Shown here one piece after another: positions 23,907 to 31,030 of a DNA stretch of 32,000 nt. Position numbers and translations under genes: made by a program. The notes beneath the pieces are model-generated. The model saw only the letters and a program-made list of their open reading frames with translations. It did no database searches and was not told where the DNA came from. This DNA is from Candidatus Nanoarchaeia archaeon. GTDB taxonomy: Archaea; Nanobdellota; Nanobdellia; Woesearchaeales; JANQNC01. Within the stretch, counting starts at the first letter, position 1. Each line of letters begins with the position of its first letter. The DNA is taken from contig JANQNC010000001.1 of the NCBI GenBank assembly GCA_028279745.1, positions 630,001-662,000 of the forward strand, given 5' to 3'.

Positions 23907-23920
23907 TTATTATATAAAAT
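23907..23920 (-). promoter_or_regulatory. TATA-box candidate upstream of the 52-aa ORF
   Basis: The minus strand reads ATTTTATATAATAA about 20-33 nt upstream of the ATG at 23887, inside the 38-nt gap after gene 23926..24708. Confidence 0.35.
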
Positions 23921-23925
23921 TTGTC

Positions 23926-24708
23926 TTAATCAATTCTTCTTTGTTTTACTAACTCTTCACAACCAATCTCAGACATGTGATCATAAGGACTTACAAACAC
24001 CTTATACTCTGCTTCTGCAATCCCTGTAGCTTCAGCAAACTTTTTAGGAGCGTAACCCATCAAAACAACAGCGTAGTCATTATTCTCATGACCAGCATCT
24101 ATCAAACCATCCATAGTGTAAAATACTTGTTCAGTGTAAACATTAGCAATCTTACTGACATCAATTCTCTCAATAAACGGTTCATCTAAAGGAAACGCTT
24201 TGACGAATTTTCCACTATAACGTTTGTCTGTGTAATTCAAAAAAGCCTCTTTCTCCAAAACATAAGTTTCATCACCTGAGAGCTCAGTTATCTCATCAAA
24301 ATTAACAATAAAACGAGAACAGACAAAACAATAAAAATCATTAGTCAAGATATGGTTCTCAAAAGGATCTAGTTTTCCTTCACCGAACTGGACCCAGCAT
24401 TCTCTCATCAAAGGAGTTATTTGGTTTAATAGCTCTTCGGTCTGTTTTTCAGCGTCCTTTTCTTTAACAGTAAGGTTTTCCCTCCAGTTAGTTTCACACA
24501 TCAAAGGAACGTTAGTGCCGGAAACAAAATAAGAAAGCAAACTTCCCTGTTCTTTATCCATCGCTTGAATTGTCGCTAAACAAGAAGCTGCCTTCTGACC
24601 AGAAGGGTAAAGAACTTTTCCAGAAAGCTGAACGAAAAATATTACAAAAATTAGTACTGCAACTCCAAAAACCCACCATAAAACCTTATTTGCTTGTCCT
24701 TTTCTCAT
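23926..24708 (-). CDS. Prepilin-like protein (260 aa), paralog of 24712..25593
   Basis: MRKG-QANKVLWWVFGVAVLIFVIFFV. The shared core ECWVQFGEGKLDPFENHILTNDFYCFVCSRFIVNFDE matches SCTNGVGFGEQNPYIQDRYRGKSNCLVCSELYFEKEE in the neighbour. Confidence 0.65.
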   Translation of the reverse strand: MRKGQANKVLWWVFGVAVLIFVIFFVQLSGKVLYPSGQKAASCLATIQAMDKEQGSLLSYFVSGTNVPLMCETNWRENLTVKEKDAEKQTEELLNQITPLMRECWVQFGEGKLDPFENHILTNDFYCFVCSRFIVNFDEITELSGDETYVLEKEAFLNYTDKRYSGKFVKAFPLDEPFIERIDVSKIANVYTEQVFYTMDGLIDAGHENNDYAVVLMGYAPKKFAEATGIAEAEYKVFVSPYDHMSEIGCEELVKQRRID

Positions 24709-24711
24709 CTT

Positions 24712-25593
24712 CTAGTTATGCATGTAATAACAGACATTCCCCACATTAGTAACCTCATCAGGCAAACCTTTAGTTCCTTGCACAGTTTCAGTTATATCAA
24801 AACTGCTAAGTATTAATCTATCAGTTCCAATCCAGATAGAAGAGACAAACTCTTCATCATTCAAATCTGTATCAACATTAATGACAAAACCAAAAAAGTC
24901 TTTTCCTATAATGAAAGCTTCATTAACAGTATTACCTAAAAGCCTGTATTCATAAACTGTATTGTCTCTTGTGGTTAACACCAGAGGATTGTTGTCTCTT
25001 TTTGCCTGTAATAGTTTATCCCAATAACCTTTCTTATCCACTTTCCAAAGTACTGAGTAGTTTTCAGAGGTGTCAACAACAGCGAGATCATTCAAATCCA
25101 TAAACTGCTGAACTAAAACCCCAGATGCAGTGTGCTGAGTCATACGATCGAAAAAATAATCTGTCTTGGAACCAGGAACAAAATTATAGGTAGACCAATA
25201 AGGGATTTCCCTTATCTTTTCTTCCTTTTCAAAGTAAAGCTCAGAACACACCAAACAGTTAGACTTACCTCTATACCTATCTTGTATGTAAGGGTTTTGT
25301 TCACCAAAACCAACACCATTAGTGCAACTTACTAATCTTGTCAAAATCTTCTTCTTCAACTTATCAATATCATCAAAATCAGTCTCCTTGTAATTTGTGG
25401 GTTTTTCCCTAGGACAGTTTAGTTCTCCCTTCCCCTGTGAAGATAAAGCAATCTGCGCAGTACAAAGACTGGACGTTCTTGTCCTGTCAAAAAAGTTAAC
25501 AATACCTATCGTGATTATAAGAAGAACTATCGCAATACTAACAAGCAAGATAAGATTCTTTATCGTGTTCATGCCCTGTGCTTTTTTGTTCAA
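24712..25593 (-). CDS. Prepilin-like protein (293 aa)
   Basis: TTG start. (M)NKKA-QGMNTIKNLILLVSIAIVLLIITIGIV. The start overlaps the stop of the 40-aa ORF (TTGA at 25590-25593). Confidence 0.65.
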   Translation of the reverse strand: MNKKAQGMNTIKNLILLVSIAIVLLIITIGIVNFFDRTRTSSLCTAQIALSSQGKGELNCPREKPTNYKETDFDDIDKLKKKILTRLVSCTNGVGFGEQNPYIQDRYRGKSNCLVCSELYFEKEEKIREIPYWSTYNFVPGSKTDYFFDRMTQHTASGVLVQQFMDLNDLAVVDTSENYSVLWKVDKKGYWDKLLQAKRDNNPLVLTTRDNTVYEYRLLGNTVNEAFIIGKDFFGFVINVDTDLNDEEFVSSIWIGTDRLILSSFDITETVQGTKGLPDEVTNVGNVCYYMHN

Positions 25594-25712
25594 CTTAACC
25601 CTCCTGCTGTGAGAATCCTTCTCACCACTATAAATGCAATTATCATAAATATCAAAATAGAAACAATAATTATTATGGGATTAATTCCAACTTCTTCTCC
25701 TTTTTTATCCAT
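25590..25712 (-). CDS. Mini prepilin-like / single-TM protein (40 aa), absent from the ORF track
   Basis: Hand translation: MDKKGEEVGINPIIIIVSILIFMIIAFIVVRRILTAGGLS. The ATG is 1 nt after the upstream stop. Confidence 0.5.
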   Translation of the reverse strand: MDKKGEEVGINPIIIIVSILIFMIIAFIVVRRILTAGGLS

Positions 25713-25713
25713 T

Positions 25714-26181
25714 TTATCTACACACCTCCAAATATAAAGTAAGCAATGAACCATATGTGGTTCTTAAAGGTTGGTAAGCGTTTTCTCGTTCACCACGACA
25801 GCCACTATTAATACCAACAGGTAAACTTTCTCCATCCACGTCTGCCTCAAACACAAAACTCCTGTCCTGCACAGTGAGTGTTTTATCTAAAATATAAGCA
25901 ATCGTACGGTTGACATAAGAGCAACTGTGCTCGTTATCACAAACTATTGCACCCCTAGTAGCACAATCAAGCAACAAGTCCTGAATATTAAGGCCTCTGC
26001 AAGTAGTAGTTGTGTACTGCAATGAATTTAAGGTAGATGAAGCAACAACACTTGTCGTAACTCTTTGCTCAAGCTCTGACTGAGGTCTCAAAACAACAAA
26101 AGCAATGAAAAACAGCAGACCTACCGCTATCAAAATCACAACAACAACCATACCCATAACTTCTGTCTGTGCTTTCTTCAT
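25714..26181 (-). CDS. Prepilin-like Cys-rich protein (155 aa)
   Basis: MKKA-QTEVMGMVVVVILIAVGLLFFIAFVV. 7 Cys in the head. 1-nt gap to the upstream gene. Confidence 0.65.
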   Translation of the reverse strand: MKKAQTEVMGMVVVVILIAVGLLFFIAFVVLRPQSELEQRVTTSVVASSTLNSLQYTTTTCRGLNIQDLLLDCATRGAIVCDNEHSCSYVNRTIAYILDKTLTVQDRSFVFEADVDGESLPVGINSGCRGERENAYQPLRTTYGSLLTLYLEVCR

Positions 26182-26182
26182 C

Positions 26183-26641
26183 TTAACCCGTCCTAATCGT
26201 AATCAAACCCATGTGATACTCATCCTCAATAGGATACCATAATGAAACTGGAATAAACGAGGCAGTTCCTATCGTTGTTCTGTTGTATAAAATACGGGAC
26301 CAATTTCCAGGATAAACCTCTTCAACAATCACAAGACTGTTTCCTAACTCATCACTATAATAAATTCTGTTAGTGCCATTAGCCATAACTTCTGATAACG
26401 ATTCCAGTTTCAGTACATCAATGCAAGTAAAAACATCATCTCCCCCACCACACTGAAGCTCAGGTAAAAAGAGAAGCTTTTGCATGTTCTCAATAGCTTT
26501 CAAATCTCTATACTTTTTAATATCTTCTTTGGCACTTCCAACTTGAATGTTAGCATAAAAAACTAACCCGATCACTAGAATGAAAAAGAAGACTATTAAA
26601 ACCATCATCGTCTCCATCATTTTCATCTGTGCTTTTCTCAT
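26183..26641 (-). CDS. Prepilin-like protein (152 aa; trimmed start)
   Basis: MRKA-QMKMMETMMVLIVFFFILVIGLVFYA. The ATG at 26641 is 2 nt after the upstream stop. The track start at 26662 would overlap the upstream gene. Confidence 0.65.
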   Translation of the reverse strand: MRKAQMKMMETMMVLIVFFFILVIGLVFYANIQVGSAKEDIKKYRDLKAIENMQKLLFLPELQCGGGDDVFTCIDVLKLESLSEVMANGTNRIYYSDELGNSLVIVEEVYPGNWSRILYNRTTIGTASFIPVSLWYPIEDEYHMGLITIRTG

Positions 26642-26643
26642 TT

Positions 26644-27690
26644 TCAATAAACCAACGGACAAGACTGCCTTCTAATATAATTATCCTGATACGAGTCAAG
26701 ACTTAAAGCATTAGTTGTTAACGTGTCCCTTACAGAAGGACTGTAACCTAAACTTGCAGTCACAATCATCTCATCAATAATTGAGTCAGGCTGGAAATAA
26801 TAATCACGGCAGTACTCAGGAGCAAGATTTGGGTTTTGTTGAAGCTTTAACATCCTGTTCTTGTACACTTGAGCAACTATGCTGAATGTATTTAACGCTT
26901 TATTCATGTTGCAATCATAAGTATCTTTAGAATCTGCAAATATAGCAGCATACATGGTGGCTTCAGAATCAGAATCAGTGCCGAAGAAAGGGGATGTGCC
27001 TTCAGAAACTAAAGATTCCTGATCCATTACATAAAAATTAACATTGTAAGGTGGAGAAGATGTTATGCTTACTGCCCTGACATCAGGGTCAGCAAAATTA
27101 TAAAAACGAGACAGATCAAGATTTTGGATATTGTTATCACAATCAAAACATACAATCTTAATCTTATAACCACTACTTATGTCAATAGTATCAACACTGT
27201 TCTCATCAACCAAATCAACATTCAAAAACTTGTTAGCCATACGCTCATAAACATCATTAGTCAAAAGCGAGTTGGTGTTAGTGTCAAGAATAACATATTT
27301 TGCATCAGGACTTGTGATAAACAAAAGATTTGTGACCTTAAATGGAATGCTCCAAGGCATGCTCCACAATAACATAGTCCTGCCTTTAACACGGTCAGGA
27401 GTAAAAATGGCCCGGTAGTTAATGCTTTCAGACACTCCCTTGAGCCTATAATCCTCACAGCTGAAAAAGATTTCTAAATCATGAAGGTTAAGCTCGGCAG
27501 CACTTCCCCCGCTAACTCTTGCAGAAGTAATCTTAGTCTCTAAATCTTTAATTAAGGAAGCGCTAAGCTTCTGTTCAGAAGCTTCCCTCTGCTGCAAAAC
27601 AAAAACAACAAAGAAAGAAAGGATTATTGCTCCAGCTACTAAAACAAACATCCAGTTAAACTGTATCTCTATCGCACCCTTCTTCCTCAT
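26644..27690 (-). CDS. Prepilin-like protein (348 aa; start 27690, or 27699 as in the track)
   Basis: MRKKG-AIEIQFNWMFVLVAGAIILSFFVVFV. The ATG at 27690 forms an ATGA overlap with the upstream stop (27687-27690). Confidence 0.65.
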   Translation of the reverse strand: MRKKGAIEIQFNWMFVLVAGAIILSFFVVFVLQQREASEQKLSASLIKDLETKITSARVSGGSAAELNLHDLEIFFSCEDYRLKGVSESINYRAIFTPDRVKGRTMLLWSMPWSIPFKVTNLLFITSPDAKYVILDTNTNSLLTNDVYERMANKFLNVDLVDENSVDTIDISSGYKIKIVCFDCDNNIQNLDLSRFYNFADPDVRAVSITSSPPYNVNFYVMDQESLVSEGTSPFFGTDSDSEATMYAAIFADSKDTYDCNMNKALNTFSIVAQVYKNRMLKLQQNPNLAPEYCRDYYFQPDSIIDEMIVTASLGYSPSVRDTLTTNALSLDSYQDNYIRRQSCPLVY

Positions 27691-28244
27691 TCTTCCCATT
27701 CTGTAACCTTAACTCCTCCTCTAACACCCTCAAACTGGAGCTCCACATAGCCACTAATAACTTCAGAACAGAAATAGTAAGGATGTTCAAGCTTTACCTT
27801 GCCAACTGACTCAGCAGAAACAACACCATCACTGTCTATAAGAAACAGATTAGTGTTTGATTCTCTAAGCTCTGGAGATATATCGGGGCCAGAAGGCCTA
27901 ATACTAATTTCATCAAGAATCAAAGGGTAATCTGAGGTAATTATTCCACCTGAATCAGTATCTGCACTTACAAAAGTGTTATAGTTAACTTCATAATCAA
28001 CTAAACATACCGCTGAGTAGTCTGAAGGAACCTTGTATTCTACCTGGTCAATACTCCTAAATCTAGTTCCATCAACAGCATTCGACACACCATTAACAAA
28101 TCTAGTGTACAAAATCTTATCTTGGTTCTCAAGCTGTTGACCAACAAACCTAACACCAAACAATAGCACCAAACCAGCAATCACAATTGCCATGATATAA
28201 ATAAAAATCTGTCCCGATATCTGAGCTTTCCTCACAAAAATCAC
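27687..28244 (-). CDS. Prepilin-like protein (185 aa), first of the run
   Basis: A GTG start at 28244 (GTGA overlap with the adhesin stop) or at 28235. ..VRKA-QISGQIFIYIMAIVIAGLVLLFGV. Confidence 0.65.
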   Translation of the reverse strand: MIFVRKAQISGQIFIYIMAIVIAGLVLLFGVRFVGQQLENQDKILYTRFVNGVSNAVDGTRFRSIDQVEYKVPSDYSAVCLVDYEVNYNTFVSADTDSGGIITSDYPLILDEISIRPSGPDISPELRESNTNLFLIDSDGVVSAESVGKVKLEHPYYFCSEVISGYVELQFEGVRGGVKVTEWEE

Positions 28245-31030
28245 CTCTTACTTTTCTTTTTAGTATTAATCAACTTATCTAACTTATCGACAAACTCGTT
28301 TCTCTCTGCTTTCTTACTTCCCACCGCAGTCAATGAATCAAATACTTGTTTGTCTGAAATTTTCTTATCCTTAATCAAAGTATCTAACTTATCTAAATGC
28401 CTTTCATCCAAACTCTTGATCTTTTTGAAAACGTCCTTCTCCTCTTTTCTTAAAGAACCTAACTTATTAAACACGCTTTTCCTATTTACAAAATCAGATA
28501 AACCTTTGAATTCAGGAGTCTCTTTTCTAACTGGGGCTTTTCTTGCTTTCCTTAAAACTCTGCTTCCAACAGGTGAAATTTTAGATTTCCCAGCAGGCTT
28601 TGGTTCCTCTTTTGGTTTTGATGTGCTGAACACATCAAACAATGAAGATCTTTCTTTTGATTTTCTGACCCTCTCAAGATCTCTAGTTTTTCTAGCAGCA
28701 ATCTGCCTTCTCTGTTCGGGTGTAAGACCTGGAGTTCTAGGTCTTGCAGTTGGCGCAAATCCTGGTGTTGCCCTTTGTTGCACTCTGCTTGCTGCAGGAT
28801 ATGCAGCTTTACCTTTTGGCTTTTTTGAAATAAAGTTAGAGTAAACATAAGAACCTCCTAAACCTACAAGAAGCAAGATTATAACGATGATGATTATTAA
28901 CATCCAATCAAAGCCTTCAGGCTCTGGCTCTTCTTGCCTTTTAGGAACTTGAGGTTTTTGTACAGATGAAGATGAGCCTGCAGAAGTAGGATCTGAATTA
29001 GCTCTATACTCATCCAAGTTAGAAATTCCATCATTATCTGGATCAGCAGCAGAATCATCAAAACCACTATCTAAACTATTTTCATTCTCCCAACTATCAT
29101 CAATCCCATCACAGTCATTATCATTACTGCAACCAATACCTGTAGTGCAACTTCCTATGGAATCACTGCTGTAGTCATCACAGTCAGGACCATTCAAACA
29201 ACCAGGACCATAACCATCCCCATCAGTATCAATCCTGCATTTATTGGTGCAGCCAAATGAAACTGTTGAGTCTAAATCATTACAATCACGACCATCAAAA
29301 CAACCCACGCCATAACTATCTCCGTCGCTATCCTGGATACAACCATTGCCACAATTAGCTAAATTACCCGCAGGGTTAGTGTCATCACAATCATAGCCAC
29401 TAACACAACCAAGACCATAACCATCACGATCATCATCAACGATGCAACCTGCACGACTTACTTCGGCAGTCTCATTATCAGTAGTTGTGGTTGGAGTGTA
29501 TAATGTATCAACCTTAACACCTTTGCTTACTGACTCTGTGGAATTCATACCTGCACCATTCTCTGCAATGGCTGTGAAGTAGTAGGTTAAACCGTTAGTA
29601 AGGTTTAAGTTGGAAGCTGAAACTATTGAGGAAGTTGCTTTTGTCCAGTCTTTAATGTCAGTGGAAAATGCTGACGAACCAATAGCAAAATAGTATGATT
29701 CAATGCCTGACTCAGGATCTGCTGCGTTGATAGTTGCGCTTAATGAATCAAGAGAAGCAGTTATTCCTTCATCAGTAACATTTGTGATTACAGGTGGAGT
29801 TATGTCAACAACAAAATCAATATCTTCAGTAGCAAAACTGTAACCTGTCTCGTTGACAGTTACTTTAAGATAGCTGCAACCAACCTGATAAGAATAACTT
29901 CCACCAGCAACTACAGAAGTGGTATAGGTGTGTGACGTGCCGTCACTAGATGACAGAGGGATACTAAAATTATTATTCCCTGAAGCCAAAGAACACGACG
30001 CAGACTTGCTGGTGGAAATTATAAATGGGATCGCTAAAGAGGACATAAATGGTTCTGGACTTTGAACATCAATCCCCAATCCAAGACCTGTATTAACTTC
30101 AATCTCAATCCTTTCTTCTTCAGACCAAAGCTCAGCTTTATTCATACATTTAACATCAAAAGTGTGAGTTGAGAAATCAGCCAATCCTGTGAACTTCCTT
30201 GTGTTTGTTGTTGAAAAGTTATCGCTAAATCTTTCAAAGCTTGCTCCGTTTTCGGAGTATTCACATCTTGCATCTTCATCAGTGATAACTTCTAAAGTTG
30301 CAGTCCTTATGGGCTCAACAACCTTATTGTTCCAGGTGTCAGGTGCAGTTAATGAGTTTATGATTGGAGGAGATGTATCATAGCTAATCAAAAACATCCT
30401 AGCTGCAATATCATTGTATTGATTTTTACACTTAACATAGAAAGGATATTCCACATTCTCGTTAAGAAGCTGATAAGATGAAATAGAATGGATGTTGTTA
30501 TTGTCTGAGAAATCATATGAGTTATCAAATGAAGTGTCAACATTATTGTACTTACAAGAAGCATTAACAAAAGTGTCTATCGTTACTGGAAATGTGGACG
30601 AGGATGCAACCCCATTTGAAGGATCCACCATCGATACATTAAACGGAAGCTCAACTATCGTAAACTTAGAATAAAAAGTTCCAGAGTTACCGAAAATATC
30701 TTCTGCAGTTATCTTAAATGTAAAGTTTCCTTCTTCAAGTCTTTCTACAGGCTCAAATACGAATGTGTTGTCAGTCTTGACAGGAGGGTTAAGAGCTACA
30801 AAGTTTAAGTTAGAAGAGTTAGATGTGTTGGTCTGACTAAAAAAGTCAACAAAACCCCTAACTAACGCGTAAGAAGTTACAGAAACATTTGTAGGATCAT
30901 CAAAAACAACATAAACAACCGGCTCAGGAGTGTAAACTTCTCTGATGTTAGGAGGAGCAAGAGAGCTAACAAAAACTGCACTCAATAAAATTATTAAAAC
31001 AAATACTATTTTTCTCATCTTCAAAATCAT
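28241..31030 (-). CDS. Large type I membrane surface protein: Ig/FN3-like domains, MopE-like Cys/Asp repeats, TSP3-like Ca-binding repeats, TM helix, basic disordered cytoplasmic tail
   Basis: Sec signal MRKIVFVLIILLSAVFVSS. FN3-like GIESYYFAIG...GLTYYFTAIAENGAGMNS. Three copies of DxDGDGYGxGC...DCDD. Then DNDCDGIDDSWENENSLDSGFDDSAADPDNDGISNLDEYRANSDP. TM WMLIIIIVIILLLVGLGGSYVY. A ~205-aa K/R/P-rich tail follows. Confidence 0.8.
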   Translation of the reverse strand: MILKMRKIVFVLIILLSAVFVSSLAPPNIREVYTPEPVVYVVFDDPTNVSVTSYALVRGFVDFFSQTNTSNSSNLNFVALNPPVKTDNTFVFEPVERLEEGNFTFKITAEDIFGNSGTFYSKFTIVELPFNVSMVDPSNGVASSSTFPVTIDTFVNASCKYNNVDTSFDNSYDFSDNNNIHSISSYQLLNENVEYPFYVKCKNQYNDIAARMFLISYDTSPPIINSLTAPDTWNNKVVEPIRTATLEVITDEDARCEYSENGASFERFSDNFSTTNTRKFTGLADFSTHTFDVKCMNKAELWSEEERIEIEVNTGLGLGIDVQSPEPFMSSLAIPFIISTSKSASCSLASGNNNFSIPLSSSDGTSHTYTTSVVAGGSYSYQVGCSYLKVTVNETGYSFATEDIDFVVDITPPVITNVTDEGITASLDSLSATINAADPESGIESYYFAIGSSAFSTDIKDWTKATSSIVSASNLNLTNGLTYYFTAIAENGAGMNSTESVSKGVKVDTLYTPTTTTDNETAEVSRAGCIVDDDRDGYGLGCVSGYDCDDTNPAGNLANCGNGCIQDSDGDSYGVGCFDGRDCNDLDSTVSFGCTNKCRIDTDGDGYGPGCLNGPDCDDYSSDSIGSCTTGIGCSNDNDCDGIDDSWENENSLDSGFDDSAADPDNDGISNLDEYRANSDPTSAGSSSSVQKPQVPKRQEEPEPEGFDWMLIIIIVIILLLVGLGGSYVYSNFISKKPKGKAAYPAASRVQQRATPGFAPTARPRTPGLTPEQRRQIAARKTRDLERVRKSKERSSLFDVFSTSKPKEEPKPAGKSKISPVGSRVLRKARKAPVRKETPEFKGLSDFVNRKSVFNKLGSLRKEEKDVFKKIKSLDERHLDKLDTLIKDKKISDKQVFDSLTAVGSKKAERNEFVDKLDKLINTKKKSKR

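Noticed and set aside
17552-28244. Longer N-terminal extensions given by the ORF track for several cluster genes (17560..19578, 20043..20570, 21557..22228, 22663..22962, 26183..26662), and likewise for 13002..13259.
   Set aside because: The extensions overlap the preceding gene by 20-70 nt and lack SD sites. The internal ATG gives the same [KR][GAS]-hydrophobic N-terminus as the neighbours and sits 1-8 nt from the upstream stop, usually behind a GGTGAT or GGAG motif.
17560-28244. Reading the cluster as an archaellum (arl/fla) operon, or as an integrated virus or provirus (many small unknown co-oriented genes plus a lytic M23 enzyme).
   Set aside because: There are no ArlC-J/FlaC-J, ArlI/ArlH ATPase or archaellin-type conserved N-terminal domains. 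There are no capsid, terminase, integrase or att-like repeats. Every product carries the same membrane-targeting N-terminus, which argues for a cellular surface system. A mobile origin cannot be formally excluded without flanking sequence.
28350-28848. A plus-strand 164-aa ORF and an alternative-frame minus-strand 98-aa ORF within the tail region of the 929-aa gene.
   Set aside because: Both are embedded in the continuous 929-aa reading frame, which is itself coupled to its neighbours by overlapping stop and start codons. Their translations are low complexity.
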